From a phage, in sequence record PZ026127.1: a DNA stretch of 64,000 nt. One strand, written 5' to 3'. Position numbers and translations under genes: made by a program. Shown piece by piece: positions 55,276 through 64,000 of the stretch. Each line of letters starts with the position of its first letter. Within the stretch, counting starts at the first letter, position 1. Below the pieces are notes generated by a model. That model was not told where the DNA came from, did not search any database, and saw nothing but the letters and a program-made list of their open reading frames with translations.

Positions 55276-55449
55276 ATGACGAATTCGATGGATTTTGATA
55301 AGATTAAATCTGACAAAAACGAGATGATTCTTCAATTTGAAGCCGCTCGTATTAAAGCAGAAAACGAAGGTACTATTACATATAAGCCTATCAAGTTCAG
55401 GTCTAATCACGAACCTCTGTACGGTGTATTAGTTGGTAAAGGAGCTTAG
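55276..55449 (+). CDS. small hypothetical protein
   Basis: 57 aa ORF after AAGAGG RBS (below ORF-track cutoff). Confidence 0.4.
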   Translation: MTNSMDFDKIKSDKNEMILQFEAARIKAENEGTITYKPIKFRSNHEPLYGVLVGKGA

Positions 55450-55483
55450 GCTCCTTTTTTGCTTTATATTCGGATGATAAAAT
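55438..55483 (+). promoter_or_regulatory. intrinsic terminator followed by candidate MotA-dependent middle promoter for gene 47
   Basis: AAAGGAGC-UUAG-GCUCCUUU + U-run (55438-55460); TGCTTTA 55460-55466, 11 bp, TAAAAT 55478-55483. Confidence 0.55.
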
Positions 55484-55503
55484 GAACCAACTGAGGAGAA
55501 CAT

Positions 55504-55647
55504 ATGGAACTACTTTTAGGATATGTCGTGTTATTCATGGCATTCTACACATTCACACGAGCCTGTTGGATAGGATTCTTTTCTACTCCTGATGGGTTCA
55601 TCTCAATAATTTTATTTTGCATTGCGATAACGGTGCTCGGCTTATGA
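55504..55647 (+). CDS. small membrane protein
   Basis: 47 aa hydrophobic ORF after GAGGAGAACATATG; stop overlaps gp47 ATG (ATGA). Confidence 0.45.
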   Translation: MELLLGYVVLFMAFYTFTRACWIGFFSTPDGFISIILFCIAITVLGL

Positions 55648-56666
55648 AAATATTAAACACAGGTGACTGGCACCTTGGAGTGAAGAACGACGACCCTTGG
55701 GTGCAAAATATTCAATTGGCAGGCATTAAAGACGCCATCAATTATTCTAAAGCAAATGGTATCACTGTCTGGATTCAGTATGGTGATATTTTTGATGTTC
55801 GTAAAGCAATTACTCATAAGTGCATGGAATTTGCCAGACATATTTCAGATTTGCTTAAAGAAAATGGCATTACCATGTATACTGTTGTTGGTAACCATGA
55901 TGCACACTACAAAAATACCTTGACTCCGAACGCTGCTTCTGAAGTTCTGGGTAAATACGACCATATCAAGGTTATTGAGAAACCTACTACGGTTAATTTT
56001 GATGGTACAGAAATTGATTTGATTCCATGGATGTGTGAAGAAAACACGACCGATATCATGGACCATATCAAAAATACTACTGCCGATTTCTGTATTGGCC
56101 ACTGGGAATTAAATGGTTTCTATTTCTATAAAGGAATGAAATCACATGGTTTAGAACCTGATTTCCTTAAGAAGTATAAGCAAGTATGGTCTGGTCACTT
56201 CCACACCATTTCTGATGCAGCAAACGTCAAGTATATTGGTACGCCATGGACCCTGACTGCAGGTGATGAGAACGACCCTCGTGGCTTCTGGATTTTCGAT
56301 ACAGAAACCCATAAAATGGATTTCATCATCAATGAAACTTGTTGGCATCGTAAGATTCATTATCCGAATGCGACTATCGATTACAAAGATTTTACAAATA
56401 TTGCGGTTCGTGTTATAGTCGATAAAATTGATGACGGGCTTACCAAGTTCGAATCTGAACTTGAAAAGGTTGTTCACTCTTTACGTATTGTGTCTAAGGT
56501 AGATAACAGTGTTGATATCGATGATTCTGAAGAGGAAGATGAAGTTAAGTCCCTCTTGGATATGATGTATGATTATATCGATGCCCTTCCTGATGGCCGC
56601 ACTGAAGACGATGTTAAAGCCCTTAAGACTATGGCCGCACAACTTTATAATGAGGTTACACGATGA
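55644..56666 (+). CDS. 47: recombination endonuclease subunit gp47 (Mre11-like)
   Basis: 340 aa from ATG 55644; MKILNTGDWHLG phosphoesterase motif, GNHD motif; upstream of 46 as in T4. Confidence 0.85.
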   Translation: MKILNTGDWHLGVKNDDPWVQNIQLAGIKDAINYSKANGITVWIQYGDIFDVRKAITHKCMEFARHISDLLKENGITMYTVVGNHDAHYKNTLTPNAASEVLGKYDHIKVIEKPTTVNFDGTEIDLIPWMCEENTTDIMDHIKNTTADFCIGHWELNGFYFYKGMKSHGLEPDFLKKYKQVWSGHFHTISDAANVKYIGTPWTLTAGDENDPRGFWIFDTETHKMDFIINETCWHRKIHYPNATIDYKDFTNIAVRVIVDKIDDGLTKFESELEKVVHSLRIVSKVDNSVDIDDSEEEDEVKSLLDMMYDYIDALPDGRTEDDVKALKTMAAQLYNEVTR

Positions 56667-56926
56667 CTTTAGATGAATTCAAAAAATCGGGACTTGAACT
56701 AGAACACGACTGCATCGTTATTGATGACGACGGACAAACGAGTATTATTAAGTTCTGGTTTGAAGCCGTGAGCACTCGCGACACCAACGAGCTTATTAAA
56801 GTTTATGTTGCTACTGATTGGGCTGTGGAATTTAGCTTTAATGTAATGGTAGATGATACTCCAGAAACATTAATTCATATGGCTGAATCATGCATCAAGG
56901 ATGCTTATAACGATGAAGACTTTTAA
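56663..56926 (+). CDS. hypothetical protein (46.1-like position)
   Basis: 87 aa ORF between 47 and 46, ATGA overlap. Confidence 0.5.
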   Translation: MTLDEFKKSGLELEHDCIVIDDDGQTSIIKFWFEAVSTRDTNELIKVYVATDWAVEFSFNVMVDDTPETLIHMAESCIKDAYNDEDF

Positions 56927-58595
56927 GTTAAAGAAAGTAACGTATAAAAATATTATGTCGGTAGGGCAGCAGCCCATTACAATTCAACTTGACAAGGTCC
57001 AAAAGACCTTAGTCACCGGTAAAAATGGTGCAGGGAAATCTACTTTCCTTGAAGCCGTTACATTTGCTCTGTTCGGTAAGCCTTTTCGTGATGTTAAGAA
57101 AGGGCAGTTGATTAACTCAAGTAATAAGAAAGACCTTTTGGTCGAACTGTGGATGGAATATGATGGCAAAGAATACTATATCAAGCGCGGGCAAAAACCC
57201 AATATTTTTGAAATCTCTTGTGGCGGTGAACGTCTTGATGAATCTGCCAGCAGTAAAGACTTCCAAGCAGAATTTGAACAGCTTATCGGAATGTCATATA
57301 CCAGTTTCAAACAGATTGTCGTACTTGGTACAGCAGGGTATACCCCTTTCATGGGTTTGTCGACCCCTGCGCGCCGAAAGCTTGTGGAAGACCTCTTAGA
57401 GGTTTCTGTATTAGCGGATATGGACAAGTTGAACAAATCTTTGATTCGTGAGACTAATAGCCAAATCCAAGTAATCGACGTTAAACAGGATTCTATTATC
57501 CAGCAAATTAAAATTTATAATGACAACGAAGAACGTCAGCGTAAATTATCAGGTGAGAACGCAGCACGTCTACAAACAATGTACGATGAGCTCGTTAAAG
57601 AAGCCAGGACTGCGAAGGGCAATATAGAAAAACTGACTGATGAATTACTCAATGTCATCGTCGATGATGACCCTAGCAACTCTATGAGTGACCTGAGCAA
57701 TAAAGGATTTGCAATCAAGAATGATATGGCAACCTTTACTAAGGTCGTGAAATTATACGAAACCGGTGGTAGTTGTCCTACATGTATGCAAGGACTGGAA
57801 GAGCATGGGAACATCCTTACTAAAATTAAGGACAAGAACTTTGAACTTCAAAAATCTTTGGATAAGATTAATGAGCAGTACCAAGAACTCAAGCTCATTA
57901 AGGACCAAGTAACCGAACAACGTAATAAAGCGCTGGCTATTAAATCTCAGATAGCTACTCATAAGCAACAAGCCATTACTGCCGTAGAGAAAGCTAAAAA
58001 AGTTAAAGTATTAATCGACCAAGCAGCTGCTGAGTTCGTAAGTAATGCCGAAGAGATTGCCACGCTTCAAGCAGAGCTTGATAAAATCGTCTCTACCAAA
58101 TCGTCCTTGGTAATGGAAAAATACCATCGTGGAATTCTGACAGAAATGTTGAAGGATACTGGTATTAAAGGTTCCATTATTAAGAAATACATTCCTATCT
58201 TTAATAAGCAGATAAATTCTTATTTGAAGATTATGGAAGCGGACTACGTCTTTACACTAGACGAAGAGTTCAATGAGACGATTAAATCACGTGGACGTGA
58301 AGACTTTAGTTATGCTTCATTTTCACAGGGTGAGAAAGCACGTATTGATATCGCACTACTTTTTACATGGCGCGATATTGCTTCTAAGGTATCAGGTGTT
58401 AATATCAGCACGTTAATTCTTGATGAGGTATTTGACAGTGCTACTGACGCTGAAGGCGTTAAGACCATTGCAACCATCTTGAATAGCCTTGAGGATACGA
58501 ACGTGTTCATTATCTCTCACCGAGACCATGACCCACAAGCTTATGGCCAACATCTTCAAATGAAGAAAGTTGGACGATTCACGGTGATGGAATGA
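56913..58595 (+). CDS. 46: recombination endonuclease subunit gp46 (Rad50/SbcC-like)
   Basis: 560 aa from ATG 56913 (T4 gp46 560 aa); Walker A GKNGAGKST, long coiled coil, signature SGGE and Walker B LILDE. Confidence 0.9.
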   Translation: MKTFKLKKVTYKNIMSVGQQPITIQLDKVQKTLVTGKNGAGKSTFLEAVTFALFGKPFRDVKKGQLINSSNKKDLLVELWMEYDGKEYYIKRGQKPNIFEISCGGERLDESASSKDFQAEFEQLIGMSYTSFKQIVVLGTAGYTPFMGLSTPARRKLVEDLLEVSVLADMDKLNKSLIRETNSQIQVIDVKQDSIIQQIKIYNDNEERQRKLSGENAARLQTMYDELVKEARTAKGNIEKLTDELLNVIVDDDPSNSMSDLSNKGFAIKNDMATFTKVVKLYETGGSCPTCMQGLEEHGNILTKIKDKNFELQKSLDKINEQYQELKLIKDQVTEQRNKALAIKSQIATHKQQAITAVEKAKKVKVLIDQAAAEFVSNAEEIATLQAELDKIVSTKSSLVMEKYHRGILTEMLKDTGIKGSIIKKYIPIFNKQINSYLKIMEADYVFTLDEEFNETIKSRGREDFSYASFSQGEKARIDIALLFTWRDIASKVSGVNISTLILDEVFDSATDAEGVKTIATILNSLEDTNVFIISHRDHDPQAYGQHLQMKKVGRFTVME

Positions 58596-58783
58596 GTGAT
58601 TTTATAACAGGCCAGCATTTGTTGGCCGTTCCTGAACTAAAGCGGTATGTTTTAGTTAATAACTTCTCTGGAGACGAACATCTTGTTACTGAAGATTATC
58701 TCCGAAATGCTTTTAAGTCAGAGTATGATAGAATCATGTCGAACAGGAATCCTGCCTGGTTCGTTTATGAATACTTTGATTAA
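58592..58783 (+). CDS. hypothetical protein
   Basis: 63 aa ORF, ATGA overlap with gp46 stop. Confidence 0.5.
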   Translation: MSDFITGQHLLAVPELKRYVLVNNFSGDEHLVTEDYLRNAFKSEYDRIMSNRNPAWFVYEYFD

Positions 58784-58843
58784 ATTAAGTGCTTTAAAAT
58801 ATTGATTTATAATACATCTACCAACCAAATGAGAGAAAATATT

Positions 58844-59257
58844 ATGTTTGCTAACGCTATTACTGTTAAAGATATCCAAGTTAAAACCATTCGTACTGAT
58901 TCCAACCCACATAATCAAAACCGTATCCGTAAATCATGGGTACTGAATATTGATACCGACTCTGCACGTCGTCTGCAGTCTCTTCCACAAGAAACTAAGT
59001 TCATGCTCTACGGTATCATTGATAACGACGTATCCGATAAGTGGGTAGAAATTATGCGTCGCCACTATAATGATTCACTGGCCGCAGGTGCTAAACTGGT
59101 TATCGACCGTGATGGTTCTGAACGTCTCGAAGATGATTATTGTGTAGATTTTGACGAACAACTGCTTGAAGCTGGTGCTATTGTTGCTTCCCAGATTCCA
59201 GAGTATATTGAATCTCTGCCTGAATCCATTCGTAAACAAATGATCGTTATTGCTTAA
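58844..59257 (+). CDS. rpbA: RpbA-like protein (by position between 46 and 45)
   Basis: 137 aa from ATG 58844 after GAGAGAAAATATTATG; assignment by synteny only. Confidence 0.45.
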   Translation: MFANAITVKDIQVKTIRTDSNPHNQNRIRKSWVLNIDTDSARRLQSLPQETKFMLYGIIDNDVSDKWVEIMRRHYNDSLAAGAKLVIDRDGSERLEDDYCVDFDEQLLEAGAIVASQIPEYIESLPESIRKQMIVIA

Positions 59258-59281
59258 TTTTTGACTTGATAAGGAAACATT

Positions 59282-59980
59282 ATGAAATTCTCTAAAGAAA
59301 CTCTGAACATTCTGAAAAACTTCTCCAGTATTAACCCAGGTATCATGCTTAAGCCTGGTAACACTATTCTAACTCGTTCAGTAACGGGTGCAAGTTATGG
59401 TGAAGCTACTGTAAGCGATACCTTTGATATCGAAGCCGCAATCTACGACCTGAACGGCTTCTTAAGTATTCTGTCATTGGTATCCGATAGTGCTGAAGTT
59501 TCAGTAAGTGAAGACCAAACCACTTTAATTATTAAAGACCAACGTTCAACTATTAAGTGGCCTATTGCTGACCCAAGTACAATTGCATTCCCAAGCAAAG
59601 CTATTCCATTCCCGGTGGCTGAAGTTATTTTTGACCTTAAAGCCGAAGATTACCAACAGTTGATGCGTGTGTCCTCTGGATTGAGTATTGATACATTTGC
59701 TATCACTGTAGACAACGGTAAAATTGTAATCAATGGCTACAAACAAGTTGATGATAAGGACCTGGCACGTCCATTGTATTCCTTAGTGGTTGCAGACCAT
59801 GATGGTCCTGAATTCAAATTCATTATCAACAAAACCAATATGAAAATGATGCCTGCTGATTACCATGTATTGCTATGGGCTCGTGGTGAAGGTCAGGATG
59901 CTCGTTTCGCAGCCAAGTTTGAAGGTTCACAAGCTTCTTATGTATTGGCTATGGAAGCAGGCTCAAGCCACTCGTTCTAA
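59282..59980 (+). CDS. 45: sliding clamp gp45
   Basis: 232 aa; MKFSK.T...LKNF..IN.GIMLK.G......V.G..Y.EA..SD..D...AIYDLNGFL.ILSLV.D.AE.S.SED... matches T4 gp45. Confidence 0.9.
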   Translation: MKFSKETLNILKNFSSINPGIMLKPGNTILTRSVTGASYGEATVSDTFDIEAAIYDLNGFLSILSLVSDSAEVSVSEDQTTLIIKDQRSTIKWPIADPSTIAFPSKAIPFPVAEVIFDLKAEDYQQLMRVSSGLSIDTFAITVDNGKIVINGYKQVDDKDLARPLYSLVVADHDGPEFKFIINKTNMKMMPADYHVLLWARGEGQDARFAAKFEGSQASYVLAMEAGSSHSF

Positions 59981-60546
59981 TGTACATTTGCTATCATAAT
60001 ACAATAACAAATACCAAAACTAAGGATGTCTACCATTATTTCGGTAGACACCGTGTTACTCCTGAAGAATATTATGGTACTGGTAAATTTGTTAAGAAAT
60101 GCAAACGAGAAAATGCTATAACTCCTGGTGTTTGGGAGTTTAGTATTGAGATTGTCCACAAAACGGATACATTTAAAGAAGCCAAACTTATTGAAGAGGC
60201 CCTTGTTAAAGAAGGTATTGCCAAGTATGGTTCACTTTGTGTTAATAAAGCTCCCGGCGGTCCGGGTGGCGTAGATTTCCACAGTGCTGAATCTAAACGT
60301 AAGATGTCTATCACCCGAACCGGAAAATCAAGAACATTTTCCGAAAGCCATAAGCTTAATTGCTCTAAATGGCAACGCTCTGAAATATGGCAGAATTATG
60401 AAGAGCTCCATAAGATTTGGATAGAACTTGGTATGCCTAAAAAGGGTAGATTTAGTACGCTTTTACAAAATTATGGATATAATTATTCTGCAAACGAATT
60501 GAATAAAATTGTTAAACATTTTAATGAGGAAAATAATAATGAGTAA
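59980..60546 (+). CDS. GIY-YIG-like homing endonuclease (Seg-like, divergent)
   Basis: 188 aa; N-term YICYHNTITNTKTKDVYHYFGRH (GIY...YIG variant, Arg after YIG), NUMOD-like SAESKRKMSITRTGKSRTFSESHK; inserted between 45 and 44. Confidence 0.55.
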   Translation: MYICYHNTITNTKTKDVYHYFGRHRVTPEEYYGTGKFVKKCKRENAITPGVWEFSIEIVHKTDTFKEAKLIEEALVKEGIAKYGSLCVNKAPGGPGGVDFHSAESKRKMSITRTGKSRTFSESHKLNCSKWQRSEIWQNYEELHKIWIELGMPKKGRFSTLLQNYGYNYSANELNKIVKHFNEENNNE

Positions 60547-61516
60547 AGTGGTAAATGGTTTAACTATTAATGAAAATGACTTCATGTGGGAACAGAAATA
60601 TCGTCCAGGTACTTTATCTGAGTGTATTCTGCCGGCGCATGATAAAGAAACCCTCCAAGCCATTGTTAATAAGGGTCTAATCCCTAACATTATCCTAGTC
60701 TCTGCTTCACCAGGCACAGGTAAAACTACCGTAGCTAAAGCATTGTGTGCTGATACAAATTCAGATATGCTGTTTGTTAACGGTTCTGACTGCCGTATTG
60801 ATTTCGTTCGTAATGAACTTACTCGTTTTGCATCTTCCAAATCTATCGAAGGTAAACGTAAGGTAATTGTTATCGACGAATTCGACCGCGCCGGTGTTGC
60901 TGAAGCTCAACGTCACCTTCGTTCGTTCTTAGAAGCCTATTCCTCAAACTGTTCTGTAATTATTACAGCAAACAATATTGATGGTATTATCGGCCCACTT
61001 CAATCCCGTTGTCGTGTTATTAAATTTGGTGAAGCCACTCCGGCCGACCAAACATCCATGATGAAAGAAATGATTCATCGTGCTGTAGCAATCTGTAAAA
61101 ACGAAAATATCGAAGTCGAAGACCTTAAAGTTATTGCTGCCTTAGTTAAACAAAACTTTCCTGACTTCCGTAAAACAGTTAACCAACTGGACCGTTACTC
61201 ATCCAGTGGTAAAATCGATACAGGCATTTTGAGTATTGTAATGAATACCAATTCGCCTATCGATGAAGTAGTGGCTGCACTTAAAGATAAAAACTTTAAA
61301 GAACTCCGTGCATTAGCTCCACGTCATGTCAACGATTATTCCAACTTTATTATGTCGCTGGCTAACGAACTCTATGGTAAATTGCCTGGACCAAGCATTG
61401 TTAGAATGTACGAAATTGTCGGTGAAAATAACCAATACCACGGTATTGCGGCTAACCCAGAAATTCACATGACTTATCTGTTCATCCAACTTGCTCTGGA
61501 GCTCCAATGGCTATAA
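60539..61516 (+). CDS. 44: clamp loader large subunit gp44
   Basis: 325 aa from ATG 60539; ...EQKYRP......LPA.DKET......KG.IP.I.L.S.SPGTGKTTVAKALC.D.N.DM.FVNGSDC.IDFVR... matches T4 gp44. Confidence 0.9.
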   Translation: MSKVVNGLTINENDFMWEQKYRPGTLSECILPAHDKETLQAIVNKGLIPNIILVSASPGTGKTTVAKALCADTNSDMLFVNGSDCRIDFVRNELTRFASSKSIEGKRKVIVIDEFDRAGVAEAQRHLRSFLEAYSSNCSVIITANNIDGIIGPLQSRCRVIKFGEATPADQTSMMKEMIHRAVAICKNENIEVEDLKVIAALVKQNFPDFRKTVNQLDRYSSSGKIDTGILSIVMNTNSPIDEVVAALKDKNFKELRALAPRHVNDYSNFIMSLANELYGKLPGPSIVRMYEIVGENNQYHGIAANPEIHMTYLFIQLALELQWL

Positions 61517-62079
61517 GTCTTTTTGATGATGACGTTGAACTGAACGAACATGAAGTTGCTTGGAAATCACGTAACGACGCTGCAATTCAAGCCTTGGCCG
61601 ATTCATTTAAAGAAAAGGCTGAAAACGAACTGTTCGCCATTATGAACGATATCACATATGGTAAGAACCAACGTAACTTGGCTCAGTCGGAAAACTACAA
61701 TCAATTTTGGCTCGATAATAGTTTGAGCCAACATGTGGATTGTATTATGCAGGCTGCAATGGTTAACTGTCTGAAACTTGATGACCAAAGTCATTTCAAC
61801 TATCTTTTACACGCTGTTCCTAAGGGTAAGAGGTTTGGTAAATGGGCTAAGGCCCATGATGATGAAGTTAGTGTAGTTTTTATTACTCGTTTATTGATGA
61901 AATACCATTCAATTAATAATGATGACGCTTATCGTTATCTCGAGACTTATAAAATTAAAGGCCATCTTCCAGCAGTGCTTAAGAAGATGAAAGGGTTGGT
62001 TACGGACGAATTCCTGAAATCCGTAACTAAAAATGTTAAAGAACAAAAAGACTTGAAAAAGAAAGCATTGGAATGGTAA
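61507..62079 (+). CDS. 62: clamp loader small subunit gp62
   Basis: 190 aa; ...LNEH.VAW.S......ADSFKEKAENE... and C-term ...KGLVTD.FLK.VTKNVKEQK.LKK.ALEW match recalled T4 gp62. Confidence 0.85.
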   Translation: MAISLFDDDVELNEHEVAWKSRNDAAIQALADSFKEKAENELFAIMNDITYGKNQRNLAQSENYNQFWLDNSLSQHVDCIMQAAMVNCLKLDDQSHFNYLLHAVPKGKRFGKWAKAHDDEVSVVFITRLLMKYHSINNDDAYRYLETYKIKGHLPAVLKKMKGLVTDEFLKSVTKNVKEQKDLKKKALEW

Positions 62080-62085
62080 ATTAAA

Positions 62086-62448
62086 ATGATTGAAATTACT
62101 CTGAAACAACCTGAAGACTTCTTGAAAGTTAAAGAGACCCTAACTCGTATGGGTATCGCTAATAATAAAGAAAAGAAACTATATCAATCCTGCCACATTC
62201 TGCAAAAGCAAGGGCTATATTATATCGTCCACTTTAAAGAGATGTTACGTATGGATGGCCGCCAAGTTGATATCGATGGTGAAGACTATCAACGTCGAGA
62301 TTCAATTGCCCAGCTTCTTAAGGAGTGGGGACTGATTGATATCGTAGACGACTCTGAGCTGTTCGAAATCACTAATAATTTCCGTGTCATTTCCTTTAAG
62401 CAGAAAAATGACTGGGAACTACTGTCTAAGTATACCATCGGTAATTAA
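62086..62448 (+). CDS. regA: translational repressor RegA
   Basis: 120 aa; MIEITLK.PEDFLKVKETLTRMGIANNK.K.LYQSCHILQK.GLYYIVHFKEMLRMDGRQV... matches T4 RegA. Confidence 0.95.
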   Translation: MIEITLKQPEDFLKVKETLTRMGIANNKEKKLYQSCHILQKQGLYYIVHFKEMLRMDGRQVDIDGEDYQRRDSIAQLLKEWGLIDIVDDSELFEITNNFRVISFKQKNDWELLSKYTIGN

Positions 62449-62449
62449 T

Positions 62450-62665
62450 ATGATTCTTGAAATTGAAATGTGTGAACGTCTTAAAGAGGTATACGGACTT
62501 TCCCCAACTCAAACGATTTTTGACCTTTCCGAAGAGCTCCAAATAGAATTTCAAAAAGAACTCCATAAGTTGCTACATCCAGGTCAGAAAGTCTTCCAGG
62601 CTATGATTAAAACTAAAGACGAAGATGGTAATTCAACCATTAAACGTCAAACAATAGAAATTTAA
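62450..62665 (+). CDS. hypothetical protein between regA and 43
   Basis: 71 aa from ATG 62450, 1 nt after regA stop (ORF-track start 62384 lies inside regA). Confidence 0.5.
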   Translation: MILEIEMCERLKEVYGLSPTQTIFDLSEELQIEFQKELHKLLHPGQKVFQAMIKTKDEDGNSTIKRQTIEI

Positions 62666-62667
62666 GC

Positions 62668-62690
62668 AAAGGGACTTCGGTCCCTTTTGG
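62668..62690 (+). promoter_or_regulatory. stable UUCG-tetraloop hairpin upstream of gene 43 (terminator or translational operator candidate)
   Basis: AAGGGAC-UUCG-GUCCCUU 7-bp stem, followed by UUGGAGUAUAAUG; about 60 nt before gene 43 ATG. Confidence 0.5.
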
Positions 62691-62751
62691 AGTATAATGA
62701 TTCATCAACAAACAAAAGACAATCACTCGTCTATAAAGGAAATGAAATGAA

Positions 62752-64000
62752 ATGCAAGAATTCTATTTGACAGTCGAACAAATCGGTGATAATATTCTCG
62801 AACGTTACATCGATAAAAATGGTAACGAACGTAGTCGTGAAGTTCCATACAAGCCTACAATGTTTATGCATGCTAATCCAGAGCAAGCCGTAAAATACAT
62901 TGATATCTATGGTAAGGGTTGTGTTAAGAAAGAATTCGATTCTATGCGTGATGCATCCCAATGGATGAAACGTATGGATGATATGGGTCTCGAAGCCCTG
63001 GGTATGGACGACTATAAATTAGCCTATTTGTCTGATACCTATCGTAAAGAAATCAAATATGATTCTTCTAAGATTCGTATTGCTAACTTCGACATCGAGG
63101 TAACATCTCCTGATGGATTCCCTGAACCAGCTCAGGCTAAACATCCTATCGATGCCATTACCCACTACGACTCGATTGACGATAAATTCTATGTATTCGA
63201 CCTTTTAGTTTCGCCTTATGGTACTGTTGAAGAGTGGTCGATTAAAATCGCTGAGAAACTCCAAGACGAAGGTGGTGACGAAGTTCCACAGGAAATCATT
63301 GACAAAATCGTTTATCTTCCGTTTAATTCTGAAGAAGAAATGATGCTTGAGTACTTGAATTTCTGGCAACAGAAAACTCCTGTGATTTTGACTGGATGGA
63401 ACGTTGAGTCGTTTGACGTACCGTACGTTTATAACCGTCTGAAAAATCTGTTCGGTGAGAACACTGCTAAGCGATTAAGCCCACATCGTAAAACTCGTGT
63501 TAAAGTTATTGAGAACATGTACGGTGCTCGTGAAATCATTACATTGTTCGGTATCTCTGTTCTGGATTATATCGACCTCTATAAAAAATTCAGCTTCACC
63601 AACCAGCCTTCTTATTCTCTGGATTATGTTTCTGAATATGAATTGAAAGTAGGTAAGTTGAAATATGATGGTCCAATCTCCAAGTTACGTGAGACGAACC
63701 ACCAACGATATATTTCCTATAATATTATCGACGTATATCGTGTAGTGCAGATTGATATGAAACGCCAGTTCATTCTTCTGAGTTTGGACATGGGTTATTA
63801 TGCCAAGATGCAGATTCAGTCGGTGTTCAGTCCAATTAAGACTTGGGACGCTATTATCTTTAATAGCCTTAAAGAGCAAGGCAAGGTAATTCCACAAGCT
63901 CGTTCACACGTGGTCCAACCTTATCCTGGTGCTTTCGTTAAGGAACCGATTCCTAACGCTTACAAATATGTAATGAGTTTCGACCTTACATCTCTGTATC
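62752..64000 (+). CDS. 43: DNA polymerase gp43, N-terminal part (runs off window end)
   Basis: ATG 62752; MQEFYLTVEQIGDNILERYIDKNGNERSREV.Y.PTMF.H...DIYGK.C..K.F.SM.DA..WMKRM.D.GLEALGM.D.KLAY.SDTY... matches T4 gp43 N-terminal exonuclease domain. Confidence 0.95.
   Translation, partial: MQEFYLTVEQIGDNILERYIDKNGNERSREVPYKPTMFMHANPEQAVKYIDIYGKGCVKKEFDSMRDASQWMKRMDDMGLEALGMDDYKLAYLSDTYRKEIKYDSSKIRIANFDIEVTSPDGFPEPAQAKHPIDAITHYDSIDDKFYVFDLLVSPYGTVEEWSIKIAEKLQDEGGDEVPQEIIDKIVYLPFNSEEEMMLEYLNFWQQKTPVILTGWNVESFDVPYVYNRLKNLFGENTAKRLSPHRKTRVKVIENMYGAREIITLFGISVLDYIDLYKKFSFTNQPSYSLDYVSEYELKVGKLKYDGPISKLRETNHQRYISYNIIDVYRVVQIDMKRQFILLSLDMGYYAKMQIQSVFSPIKTWDAIIFNSLKEQGKVIPQARSHVVQPYPGAFVKEPIPNAYKYVMSFDLTSLY

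Noticed and set aside
60463-61507. Minus-strand ORFs (60463-60840, 61313-61507) within the 44/62 region
   Set aside because: Antisense to well-supported gp44 with no RBS; shadow ORFs.

Overview
This window is a segment of a T4-like (Tevenvirinae-type) myovirus genome, AT-rich and densely coded. The left 17.6 kb is the late structural module on the minus strand in T4 order 14(partial)-13-wac-12-11-10-9-8-7-6-5.4-5.1-5-53 (neck, fibritin, short tail fibre, baseplate wedge and hub including the gp5 lysozyme), with TATAAATA late promoters. At 17.6 kb a palindromic divergent late-promoter module switches coding to the plus strand: 4-2-3-1-57A-57B, then about 34 kb of early/middle accessory region. 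That region carries five internal-protein genes with capsid-targeting leaders (MKTYxEF...), two tRNAs (Met-CAU, Arg-UCU) flanking a GIY-YIG homing endonuclease, a Nudix hydrolase, lysozyme e with its promoter-in-hairpin, denV, regB, tk, nrdC, endonuclease VII (49) and sigma factor gp55. It ends with the replication/recombination block 47-46-rpbA-45-[GIY-YIG-like insert]-44-62-regA-43(partial). About 70 small ORFs of unknown function are interspersed, punctuated by at least 12 copies of a GTTTAC...TATAAT early-promoter cassette, several preceded by an intrinsic terminator (PeSL-like). The most interesting unexplained content is: a macro-domain protein and a secreted SLT-like protein between regB and tk; a pol-beta-type nucleotidyltransferase-like protein next to an AAA+ ATPase; a tandem array of four small paralogs ending in W-x-S-S-x-x-C; the internal proteins as candidate injected anti-defence effectors; promoter cassettes whose spacer is complementary to the downstream Shine-Dalgarno; and apparent absence of alpha-glucosyltransferase and nrdD/nrdG at their T4-syntenic positions. 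No CRISPR array, integrase or rRNA was seen. All homology statements come from motif recognition and recall of T4 proteins, not from database searches.
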